Positions 1 through 11,400 of a stretch of 64,000 nucleotides of DNA are shown piece after piece. Below the pieces are notes generated by a model. That model saw nothing but the letters and a program-made list of their open reading frames with translations, ran no database searches and was not told where the DNA came from. This DNA is from Nemertoderma westbladi (taxonomy: Eukaryota > Animalia > Xenacoelomorpha): the NCBI GenBank assembly GCA_032718475.1, contig JAUCBJ010000969.1:2416-66415 (forward strand), in the 5' to 3' direction. The position numbers were made by a program, and so were the translations under genes. How positions within the stretch are numbered: position 1 is the stretch's first letter; each line of letters begins with the position of its first letter.

Positions 1-1667
1 GTTACCCTGGCAGCAAGAGGACTCAGCCGTTTGTGTTTAACGGATTGGAACCCCAGGAATGTCTCTTTTCGAACCCCCACGGATTTCCCAACTTTCATTC
101 CCACGGTGATTGATTTCCCCACTCTGGGCCTGACAGAGGGTGCTGTTACACCAGAACCCCTTTGACGCCTGCTTCCTCGGTACTGCTTTCTCGCAACCAT
201 GGGTCTATCAGCCCCTGGGGGTGTAGTGGGGGTGGGACTGGGGAACTTGCTGTCTGACAATCGAGACGCCACAACCCACTCATCGTAGCGGCTATTCCAC
301 CCCGAGTAATGGACGAAGTAGGTCGGCTCACCACTATTACATCGACTCACATCCAGAATCTTACATTCGTAAATCTTACAATCATCACCTTCGCCGTACT
401 TTACCTTAACTTTATGACCAACCTTGTAGGCAGATGGGAGTGAAGATATATCTGTCAACATAAACGGCATACCTGTGACAGGATCATAGTTAGTAGTTAT
501 GGGTCTGCTGGATTTAATAATTTTAGTATCTAACTCGATTTCTTTAGAAGTCACATTGATTGGTTTACTTATCTTTGTACCATAATGAGTTTCTCTAGAA
601 GCAGTTGGTTTACTTGGCCTTATAATCTTCCTTTCTGTCACCATCTGCTGCTCGTAGTCATGCAGATACTTCTTGTAAGTAGTTTTCAGTTTTGTAACAG
701 AAAATGAACTTTGGCAATTTTTGTTTACTTTTATTTGAACCGAAACCCAAAGCGACTGGGAGGCAACCTTAGCAAACCCGCCATATTTGTCAACCGCCAA
801 GAACAAATAGAATAAACTCACATCACAGGGGATATCAAAAACTTCGTTCTTTCCTTCATAAAACGTCCTCCACGATTTCAGCCATTTAGTCTCTTCCTGA
901 TGCGATTCTAGATAACGAAATGCCTCGACGTGCGAATCGTCATCCTCGTTTTTACTCGAATCGAATTCGCAGAGTTCAGACACAGAGACACTCGAGAGTT
1001 TGAATGAATCAAATAAGCGAACCACAGTTGTTGATTCCTGACTGCGGACCTCTTCCAAACTATATACACACGAATAGTTTACTAAAACAACCGGCTCGAA
1101 TTTATTTTCTGTCTTCCAAAAAGCCACAAGTTTGGCTTTTTCCATAACTTCATCCTTATCGTCGAGACCACCAGTGAATAGATTCATGGGGGTGAGCACA
1201 CCTTCCCGACTCTTCCTTTTGGCCGACATCTGCATAATTTTCCCTGACGAATCGGTAAATACCGGCGTCCCAAAACATTCCGGGTCCGTGAGAGGAAGAT
1301 TATCGAGGTTATCTGATTCATTGTAATGTCGCTCTCCCATGAGTTTAACAGCCGATCGACGAACTGTTCTTTCGTCATTGTCATCGAATTTCACTGTATA
1401 AACGCTACAATCCTGCACTTTCGTTATTACAGCTGCTATCCATTCCCCATCGACATCTTTTGCCTCAACCAGAGCTCCATACTTCAGTTCTCCTTTAATA
1501 TCACAATCATGTATAACTGTACTCAAGGACGTGTCTTTGAATGTAACTTTACACTTGACGAGTTTTTTACATGTTTTAATTTTTGCTTCGCAAAAGGCTC
1601 CTTTGAACTTGGCGCTGACATCGAGACCAATTTCTAAGTAAGCGGGATCGTCACTTGCTGAAGCCAT
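1..1667 (-). CDS. ARID4: ARID4A/ARID4B (RBBP1-like) chromatin protein, 5' part; frame is open to the window edge
   Basis: Manual translation from ATG at 1667 finds no stop down to position 1. It begins MASASDDPAYLEIGLDVSAKFKGAFCEAKIK...YTVKFDDNDERTVRRS...NLPLTDPECFGTPV (ARID4 N-terminal Tudor region). An ARID domain follows (LFYLFLAVDKYGGFAKV...LW...LKTTYKKYLHDYE), then a chromobarrel (YKVGHKVKVKYG...YFVHYSGWNSRYDEWV). The ORF track omits it because there is no stop in the window. Confidence 0.93.
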   Translation of the reverse strand, partial: MASASDDPAYLEIGLDVSAKFKGAFCEAKIKTCKKLVKCKVTFKDTSLSTVIHDCDIKGELKYGALVEAKDVDGEWIAAVITKVQDCSVYTVKFDDNDERTVRRSAVKLMGERHYNESDNLDNLPLTDPECFGTPVFTDSSGKIMQMSAKRKSREGVLTPMNLFTGGLDDKDEVMEKAKLVAFWKTENKFEPVVLVNYSCVYSLEEVRSQESTTVVRLFDSFKLSSVSVSELCEFDSSKNEDDDSHVEAFRYLESHQEETKWLKSWRTFYEGKNEVFDIPCDVSLFYLFLAVDKYGGFAKVASQSLWVSVQIKVNKNCQSSFSVTKLKTTYKKYLHDYEQQMVTERKIIRPSKPTASRETHYGTKISKPINVTSKEIELDTKIIKSSRPITTNYDPVTGMPFMLTDISSLPSAYKVGHKVKVKYGEGDDCKIYECKILDVSRCNSGEPTYFVHYSGWNSRYDEWVVASRLSDSKFPSPTPTTPPGADRPMVARKQYRGSRRQRGSGVTAPSVRPRVGKSITVGMKVGKSVGVRKETFLGFQSVKHKRLSPLAARV

Positions 1668-2847
1668 AGGCCCCTGTCCGGTAATTAATAATATCTTGTT
1701 TATCTTCCCATACAAAATACTAACTATAGTTTACAGTAATAACAAATAACCAATGACAATGGACTGATTGTCTGACAATAAATAGTTTCAGACTGAGGGA
1801 TGCCACTACCGGTGTAACAGAGAATTTTCGCTCCCCATGCAAAATCACTCCCCGGTTAAAATCTCCTAGTGTATTCTTACTCCGGGGTGTATTTTTCCAA
1901 GTGTATTTTAACCCACTCCAGTGAAAACTCATCAGTCGGAGAGAAATTCAAATTTCAACTGAGTTGAAATTTAAAACTTTTTTTAAAATTCAACTTTTAT
2001 GTTGTAAATTCAACTCTAAAATAGCAGGAGGCCCAGAAGGTCCCCAAGACTGCAAGACACGACAGAAGGGTTAAGGCTTAAGGGGTGTTTTTAATGTTTT
2101 TATGGATGTAACTCGAAAAATTAACCCTCATTACCGATGGAATAAAAACTTTCACCGTTGGGATTACATTTTTTAAAAACATTTTACGTTTTAAGGGGTT
2201 GTTCTAAATACTGAAATACCCTAATATACACTAATATAGACTAATAAACATTAATATACTCTATAATCTCTATAATAATAACATTAATACTATAATATAT
2301 TAATATACTAGCAAAGCAATATACACTAGTGATTCTGAGAGTACCGGTACTACTAGTACTAAGTCATCAGCAAAGTCTAGATCAGTTGGGTCCTACGAAT
2401 TACCCCAAAATACCCCAATTGGGGTCTTTTGGGGTATTTTGGGGTATTTTGGGGTAATTCGTAGGACCGGATCAGTTAGGTACTTGGCAGGATTTCCTCG
2501 ACTTCTGGAGCCAGTAGGTGGAGTTATCATCACCCCATCATCATTATGATGATCTAACATGGATCTGACATGAATCTGACATGGATGCATGGTAAAAGAG
2601 GCTCTATTTCAGTATTTCTATGAGGCCTATGTCAGTATGTCCATTGAATTGGAAACCTGTTCGCTTTACAAAGGCAAACTTAATTGTTAGGCCTAGCTAA
2701 TAAAAAGAAACAGACATGTTGTACGGTACTGGTACTGGTGGTACAGTGGTAATTGTTGTAGTACCGGTACTAAAACTGTAGCTATGTAATATATAGACCT
2801 AGAGGCCTACTGTCAGACTGTATTGACCATAAACAGATAAATTTGGT

Positions 2848-3030
2848 CTCATTTGGCCAATGAGGGGTTTTACTGTTTTACTTTTCAACGTATGCCGTAG
2901 TACGTATCCAAGTATGTGCATACGTCTGTACGTATCCACATACTGACATATCTATTATTACATTGAGCGATTTCACATACAGGTATGCATAGGCGTAGAC
3001 GAATACTATTTCCTGATTGGTCCAGATGAT
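2848..3030. repeat. Short dispersed repeat; inverted copy at 17254-17463
   Basis: The segment ttacattgagcgatttcacatac...atttcctgattggtccagatga matches the reverse complement of 17254-17463. Confidence 0.7.
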
Positions 3031-3206
3031 TATTGTCAAGTCAACAGTGTCTCTGTACACTGTAGCTGTAGGCCTATTATTACAGTAGGCTATTACAGTA
3101 CCGTGGTGTTTTGCATTAGAACATTAGTCTGTCAGGCAGTATACAGTATAAGTGCTGTAGTCAGGTAAGACAGTAAGATGTCAGTGTCAGCCGGTGTGTC
3201 ATTGTT

Positions 3207-3876
3207 GGTACATGCTAAAAAGTAGAATGAGCTAGAATGATCTAGAATGACCTAGAATGATCTAGAATGGACCTAGAATGAGCTAGAATGACCTAAGAAT
3301 GAGCTATGAGAAGATGATAGAATGCAAGAATTATCTAGAATGACATAAGAATCACCTAGAACGAACTCTGTTGAGATGATAGAATATGCAATACCGACCT
3401 ATACCGAGCTATAACAAGATAAGAATCACCTAGAATGAGCTATTATTATTAGTAATACTATTATTTGTAGTAATATGCTCGCTTAGAAGAATGCTGCTTA
3501 CTACCTTGTTTATGTCCGGCACTAATAGGCTTCCGGTATGTAGTTTCCAAAACCGAAGCGCTATAACTGAAGAACTTATCCACTACCTGCTCTTTACTAG
3601 AAATCGCCATACTACGACATATTGCTGGCTCTGGAAAAAACGATTCATATCCCTGACTCAAACGACTCGATTCTTATCTTGTTACAGCTCGGTATAGGTC
3701 GGTATTGCATTCTATCATATCCTCATAGCTCATTCTAGGTGATTCTTAGGTCATTCTAGGTCATTCTTGCATTCTATAATCTCCTCATAGCTCATTCTAG
3801 GTCATTCTTAGGTCATTCTAGGTCATTCTAGATCATTCTAGGTCATTCTAGCTCATTCCACTTTTTAGCATGTACC
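3207..3876. mobile_element. Non-autonomous foldback/Mutator-like MITE with 9-bp TSD
   Basis: TIR GGTACATGCTAAAAAGT / ACTTTTTAGCATGTACC. The arms are built from 10-bp CTAGAATGAC-type subrepeats. GTCATTGTT occurs at both 3198-3206 and 3877-3885. Confidence 0.88.
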
Positions 3877-3969
3877 GTCATTGTTGCATTGAGTTGAGAT
3901 AGTGAATTTTCTTTTCAGTGAGTGCCATTCAGCCGTTTTGTTTCTTCAGCGGTCTTTAGTCACATTGTG

Positions 3970-4446
3970 TGTTGCCGTTATTCCCGACACCATGGGGGAA
4001 AACGCCGATGCTGGAGGCGGAACTTTTCAGACCACGGAAACCCGGCCAGTCACCGGATATTGATTGTGGAGAAGGAATACGTTCTTAAATGCAAGATTGC
4101 GGTTGAGGAAAAGCTGCATTGGTTGGATATACTCTTTAATGTAACTTCCCTACAGTTGAACCTTGATTGAGAATAAGTTGGGCTTCCCCAAATCAATATA
4201 CACCAAATATTCACAATAATAATACACGACAATATAAATCCCTTTTCCTTCCCCCCTGGCCCTTATATACATGAAATGAGTCCTGTACCCCGTAAGTCGC
4301 CCCAATATTCGCCCATAAATCGCCCCCAGTTCATTGAGTGTGCCCAAAACCCATGTTCCCGCACCCAGTAGTGATATTGGAATAATCATTTTAAATAAAT
4401 CCAAAAAATATTCAACTCGCGTTAGGAAAAGTTGAAATCGCGAACA
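3970..4446 (-). repeat. 3' LTR of BEL/Pao element 1
   Basis: Direct repeat of 15493-15972; preceded on the minus strand by the PPT TGGGGGGG-AC. Confidence 0.95.
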
Positions 4447-4624
4447 GTCCCCCCCAATGACCTTCGTGAGGTCTATCGGTAGATCGAGTTTGCGTAGGTC
4501 ATTTCCCATATAAAAAACCCAAAATTTTAATATTGCATAGTCTTGATTAATTTGGCCTAGAGTTCATATATATATATATAAAAATAAATGTTCAATATAA
4601 ATGTTCCTGGAATATCCCGATCCT

Positions 4625-7232
4625 CTATTTCTTGCTCTGATACGCCTTTCTCCTCTTCGCCCGTCGACTCTCGTCGATCGCTAGAGCTGGTAGGGGAGCA
4701 TCGACATCCATCGTGCGCAACGTTTCGGCTTGTCTCCTGGCGGCTCTTCCTTTCGATGGCAACGGGATCATATCGGTTCGTCTTTCCAACTCGGTGTTGC
4801 GCGCCTCGAGGAACCCCTTTCCGTCACCAAACTCTTCTTTATACGAATATAAGCGTCGAAGGATCTCGAATGGGCCGAACAATCCGGCGCTTAGCAACAG
4901 ATCCACGTAATGGAATGGTAACATCGCTGTTGTATGGAGGCGTTCCGGGAAGGAAAAATACCCGCACGCCATTTCCTGCGCGATATTCCGAGCGTTTCTC
5001 CGTACCTTAGTCTTTATGTGGCTATTTGCGTAAGTTTCGAACATAACCAGATTTCCCATAGCGGTAACGTCCTTTGTGGGACATTTTATATTGCAGCGGG
5101 GGCTAGCGGAATGTCCACGGAAACCGCAAGTTGTGCAGAGGTTATAGAGGATTGGACAAACTGAGACGTTGTGTCCCGATGTCGCGCAGTATGGACAATA
5201 CAGAATCCCGAGGAGCTGTAGGCACGAATCGGTTACTCGATTTCGTCTACCGCGTGGGCACTGCTCCGAACCGCAGTCTGCGCATATCTCTAACTGCATC
5301 TCCCGACCGAAGAAGATCGGGATCGGGACGCCGACGTAATACTCGAGTCGTCGGTCGCTCTTTTGAATATTCGCTGTGGCCTGTAGCCCGCGAAAGGCTG
5401 GGCTTTGGCATAGTAGGCTCTCGCTCCAATAACCTTCTTTATGTCCTGCCGGTCTCATCTCGGATGACCGTTTCTGGCGGTGGATCCATTCGGTCTGCTC
5501 GGTGTACCATCGGGTTAGTCGCATAGGATCCTGTGGAACGGAGGGGGTAGTTGTCGCCGCTGGTCGGTGAAGAGGTGCCGGTGTTTTCGACGGAGGGATT
5601 CCGAGGAGATCTTCGGGAGTCGGCGCAGCGCTGGGACCCTTCTCGACCAGTATCGCTGAGCGGGTCCGTTGAGTCCTGGTACTCGGAATCTCCGAAGACC
5701 AGTCTTCGCCACCCGGGAAAGGATATGGGGATAACCTCTGGCATATGTTGCCGAAGTCGCTCAACGCGGAGGTAGTGACTAACTCCCTCGCAGGGCTACC
5801 CTAGCCGAGTGGGGTGGAAGCGCCTGCTTCCGTCGCCGGTTCGGCCGAGGCAACTCGTTTGGCGGCTGGTTCGTGCGCGGATTCCGGGTCGAGTTGTCGC
5901 TTTGGGGTGGATAGTAGAACGCCTTCCTGTAGCCATAGTTCTTCCCCTTCCGAGGAAATCAGAGGCTCCTCCGCACCGAGAAGGTCGGTAATCGTAGGGA
6001 TGTCGAAAGGTCCGTTCTCGTCCCAGGAATCGATAACGGTGAGCGTTTTTGTCTCTCCCGGTGTAATATTCTCGACCGCTTTGAAGGCGTGGCTGATAAC
6101 TTCATTCCACTCGTAGTCGATAAAGGAACGAGGAACCGCCGTAATGAGGTTGTCGAGAGTTTTACATATGAACTTAGCGATGGTGTAGGACTCCATGACG
6201 ACGTAGATGTAGTTCCGTCGATCCGGATTCTCCCACCTTTGGTGTATCGTCCACTTCCTTTCAACGTCCTTCCATCGACCCTCTCGCTCGCTCTTTATTT
6301 ATAATCCCGGGTATCCACCATATATCTTATTATAGTCCTGGAATTTCTGAGGTTTAAAATCGACGCGCCATTTAGTACTGCGAGGTAGCCGATACCGGAT
6401 TTCGTCTGTCTCACCTCCCGGAATCCTCACATGAATACGGCGGATCGTAGCCAGGCTAATAGTGTCTGGGTGTCGACGCAATGACTAATGGCATTGAGAT
6501 CTTCTTTACAGTCTCTTCCGAAAGGAGCATTCACGTAGTCGTTTCGGACGTCCGCTTTTATATCCGACCCAATTTTAATGACGTCGAAGTTGAAGAGGAT
6601 CTTTCGGATCTCCGGAGGTAGTAGCCAGATCGCTCCGGCTGTCTGTACCTCCTGTCTGGGTGTCGGAAATATTAGACACACCAATACCAAACCGTCCAGG
6701 GTTCCGAGGACGACGACCAAGGATCGACCGTATTCTTTCGTCCCGTACTTCTCCTGGTAGTCGTCTCGATTCTGGATAACCGATATACGTTCTTCTCGTA
6801 GCGTCGCCGTACACTCCGCTAGGTTTCCCCAGTGGGCGAGGTACGTACTCTTGTCATCGACGAAACTCTGACATCACGCCAACGTCATCGCTTTCGAGGT
6901 GGGCGTCGCGTTTCCCTCGTTGTCATATATCAAACATCGGAATTTGTAGACGCTCTGCCGGAACGTATCCCAGTACGACAACTCATCCCCTCCGGTAGCC
7001 TTTGCGTTCCGAGTTCTTTTCAGTCTCGTACTACAGTACTAGCATCGGCCAACCGGAGGGCTCATAGATTCCGGGAATCCGGTCCCTCTCGCCCGGAGAA
7101 TTTGACGACTCGCACATTCTCATTTATCAGGGTGCTCCAATTTGTATCAAAGTTAGGGGCTCCGGGTTGTGGATATTCCAGTAGATCTATCGTATTATGT
7201 AATTCGCCGATAATTTGGCGATTTGGGTCCAT
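4625..7232 (-). pseudogene. Extra ORF3 of element 1: DEDDy (RNase D/WRN/Mut-7-like) 3'-5' exonuclease plus Cys/His zinc knuckles, broken by stops and frameshifts
   Basis: Stitched translation from ATG at 7232. ExoI-like CLIYDNEG; ExoII-like LPPEIRKILFNFDVIKIGSDIKAD...CVDTQ; ExoIII-like W..PDRRNYIYVVMES. ORFs 5801-6196 and 4625-5764 share a frame across a single TAG. C-terminal motifs CADCGSEQC, CPYCATSGHNVSVC and CTTCGFRGHSASPRC. Confidence 0.72.
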
Positions 7233-7774
7233 ATTTACGATTATGTCCGTTGCAAATTTATATCAGTTAATTATAAATCCAGAAAGTCTGATACTATAGT
7301 GATTGCAGAATAATTCAGTTTATTTTTAATTCAGTTTATTAAATAACATTGCTATATAGACATCTACCATCTTATTGCTAATACATTCAGCATTTACAGT
7401 TACTATAGCTATACATTAATATCCAACCAGTTTTGACTTTTTATGTCCTCTTCTTTTTTCCAATTCTTTTCTTTTATATTTTATACATTTTTTTTTTTTC
7501 ATTTCTCATTATTATTTCATCACATTTCATTTATTTCAACACATTTCATCATTTAGTTCCACATTTATTTCACATTTCATTTATTTCCACATCATCATTG
7601 GGGTTATAGCCCCCCGGCTATCATCATTTGTTACAAGCGCAGCACCAGGGTGCGCATCATTACATTTTCATCATCATACGCGTCATCATTCAGTTTATAG
7701 TAAGGTTGTCTGTTTCTTTTCATCATTTCCAACTACATTCAATCATCTTCTTTGGGAAATTTTCGTTGTGGAAG

Positions 7775-8175
7775 GGGTGTTACGCGGCAATCTGGGATCT
7801 ACAGCTGGGCTAGTTATACCGTCTACGCCCCAAACTGCACACGTAACGGACAATGAAGATGCTGGGAGTGAAGTCACGTGGAATGCACCAGGGACCCACC
7901 AGAATAACACTCCCAACAACATTAATCTCAGTCGACGAAGTCATGTGGGATGGGGTTATGCAACATTCTGGGATCTACAGCTGGACTAGTTACACCGCCT
8001 ACGCCCCAAAATCCACGCAACGGTCCCACCAGAATAACGCGACTGAGAAACATAAAACCCTCTATCGTCGAAGTCATGTGGATGCACCATGGACCCTCCA
8101 GAATAACGGGATAGAGGGGGTGTTGCGCGGCAATCCGGGATCTACAGCTGGACTAGTTACACCGCCTACGCCCCG
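7775..8175. repeat. Three imperfect copies of a ~60-nt motif between pol and ORF3
   Basis: gggatctacagctggrctagttayaccgyctacgcccc at about 7794, 7970 and 8137. Confidence 0.8.
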
Positions 8176-8467
8176 AACTGCGCACGCAACGGACAACATA
8201 ACATACTACAATGGATACAATGAATTCCACTTCAAATCTTTACCATTTCCAATAATCCAATGTCATTGGACCCGATGACCAAAATCAGGGTAAACAATAC
8301 ATAAACGACCCTGCGTCAGTCGAAACATCTGCAGGGTGACGCTGGACTCCACATAACACACGAGGAAACACAAATACCATTGCGTGGTTACAGTTGGTTT
8401 AAGGGGGGTCCATTACTCATTGTCGATAAATCACAGTTTAAGAGTTTGTCAACAGGATGAGAAGGGT

Positions 8468-11400
8468 TTAAACGGGTTTAGCATTGTCACCAATGTCTGC
8501 AGCAGGATCCGGAGTAGGGAACTTATCACCTCTCTTGGAGTCACCACTGTCATTGCCTTCAAGAAGGCACAGCCTCTGGATAGGGCGTTGGTAGTGGCCC
8601 TTTGCCCTTCGTATCGTCACAGTCCTCGCAAGTCCGTCTTTGCTCGGGTGTATTGTCACGACTCTCGCCACAGGCCAGTGGGCGCAGTCTTTGAGATCTT
8701 CTTTCACTAGTACCATGTCGCCAACTGCGACATTCCTATAGGTGTTGTTCCACTTCCTCCTGGTCCGGAGGGCTATGAGGTACTCCTGGGCCCAGATTCT
8801 CCACCAATGCGCTGCCAATGCTTGGGCCTTCTTCCAATTTGTATGTCTCGCGATATCGTTGGGATCTGGAAACATCGTCTCAGGGAGAATATGGGTTTTG
8901 GGTCTTCCCAGTAGGTGGTTAGGAGTGAGAGGCTCCAGGTCTGTGGGGTCGTCGCGGATAGGGACAATGGGCCGGTTGTTCAGGGTAGCCGTGACCTCGC
9001 AGAATGTTGTGCGGAGGGTGTCATGGGTTACCCGGGTGTCTCCTAATGCGACGCGCATGGATCGTTTTACTAAGTCGATTAGTTTCTCCCATACCCCGCT
9101 CGTATGGGGTGCTAAGGGTGTTTGGAAGTGCCACTGTATATGGTGGTCCTCCAGACTTGGGATGCGGTGTCCTTGGTAAACCATCCCTCGATCGCCTCTC
9201 TAAGTTCTCTTTCTCCTCCCACAAAGTTTGTACCATTATCGGAGTACATATGACGACATGTCCCATTGTTCACCACGAACCGACGCAGGGCGTTGATGAA
9301 TGCGTGTTGCGTAAGGTTCACCACGATGTCTAGGTAGATTGCCCTAGACCTAAGGCAGGTAAAGATGGCTCCCCAGCAATTGATGTTGGATCGTCGCTCG
9401 ATGACCGTAAACGGTCCGAAACAGTCTACTCCAGTTACATAGAACGGTGGGGAATTGGACTGTAGACGTGTGGCTGGTAAGTCGGCCATCTTTTGTGTGA
9501 GTGGTGGCGCTCGATATCTTCTGCAGGGAAAACAACGTTTTAACACTTTCCGGATCAGTGGCTGGATGTGGGTGATCCAATACCTTTGTCGTATATTAGC
9601 TATAATCCAGTTCTGTCCTGCGTGATGGTTTTCCTCGTGACACTGTTGGATTAATAGCTTGGCTAGTGTCGACGTTCCGGGCAGAAGCGCTGGGTATTTG
9701 ACCTCATATTCAACCGGGGCGTTTGCCATCCGGGTATTCAGTCGGATCAGTCCGTCCTCTCCCATCATTGGTCTCAGTTGGTAGACTGGGCTGTCCGGTT
9801 TCAAGGTCTTGCCCGCACTGAGTTGTTCCCACTCATCGGGGAAACTTTCTCTCTGGACATATCCAACAATACACTTCTCCGCGATAATGAGTTCTTTTAT
9901 ACTCCGTTGAACTATCGGCTTGTTGTCTTTCCACCGTAGGAAGTTGCGAAGGGTTATAACGTGGTGGATGAGACGTCTCATTGATGAAGTTCGCTCGATC
10001 AACAGGTGTAAAGACGCCGCTGGTTGAGTGATCGTCGCGACGTTATAGTGCCTGCCCGAGTCCTTTGCAGGCTCGGTCAGACAACTATAGATTTCCACTG
10101 CATTGCTTCTATGGACTTTACAGATCTCCTTGTCGTCCTCGGAGTATTTTCCACTATCGAGTTCGGGATCGAATCGGGTACTCCATGTTAATTGTGGCTG
10201 CTGTAGGAATTCCGGGCCTGTAAGCCAGAGTTTATTTTTACCGAGTTGTTTTGGGGTGGCGCCTCGGCTTGATAAGTCTGCTGGATTTTCTTTTCCATTC
10301 ACGTGGTGCCACTGTTCTCGGCCGGTACACTGTTTTATCTCCGTGGCTCGGTTCGCTACAAACGTGGTGTGACGCCGTGATGGAGAGTGGAGATAGTAGA
10401 GAATGATACTCGAATCGACCCAGAAGTGTTGAGATTCGATGGGGATTCGTATGTTCCGCATGACCATGCGGTTCTGTCTCACTGCCCAAACTGCGGCCTG
10501 TAGCTCAAGTCTCGGAATCGTTGCTACGAATTCCCCGGATACTGTCTTAGCTTTAGAAAATAAGAAGCTCGTATCGCCGTTTCCATCGTTACTTAGTCTT
10601 CTTAAGAAAGTGACTACGCCGATTCCGGTATTCGAAGCATCCGAGAAGGTATGGAGCTGGAAGATATCGGTGGGTAGTTTATCGAGGAAGAACGGTCGAG
10701 GGATCCGCATAAGATGTAGGTGTTCGAGCTGTTCCGTCCACTTTCTCCATTTGACACTGAGGTGGGGGGGAGTTCTTCATCCCATCCCAGTCCTTCTATC
10801 CACATTTCCTTAATCAGATTCATTCCGGCCAAGGTTACCGGAGATATGAAATTTAGTGGGTCAAATATTGCACTTTTTATTGACAAACATCCCCTTTTCG
10901 TCATAGGCTTGGGTAGGGGGTTATATTTGAAAATGAATTCATCTGATTCTATGTCCCATTCAATGCCGAGTACACGGTGTTCCACATCCTCGGAATACAT
11001 TTTATTATTGTCCAGTCGGATTTCTTCCGGAAACCTTTCCATAAGTTTTTTGTCGTGGGATCTGAACCTCCTTTCTTTAGACATTCCACCATCCCCATTG
11101 CTAGCTGATATGCCTCGTCAACATTATCTGCGCCGGCGCATCCGTCGTCCACGTAGAAGCATCGTCGGATGGTTTCTATGACGGTTGGAGGGAACTCGTT
11201 ATCGCACATAGTTGCCGTTTTCTTCAGCATGTCACTACATGCTACCGGCGAGTCCTTAGCGCCGAAGATCCTGACGATCATGCGCATTACGTCTACATCC
11301 TTCAATGTAAGTTGACTAATCTCCTGGGGAGTTAATGTTTTGTCCGTCCATAATATACGCAGACAGTCTGAGTCTCTTGGTAGCGTACGGACCTGGTGAA

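Noticed and set aside
4625-5764. Envelope gene in the env position
   Set aside because: No signal peptide or transmembrane anchor. The Cys motifs are zinc-knuckle-like.
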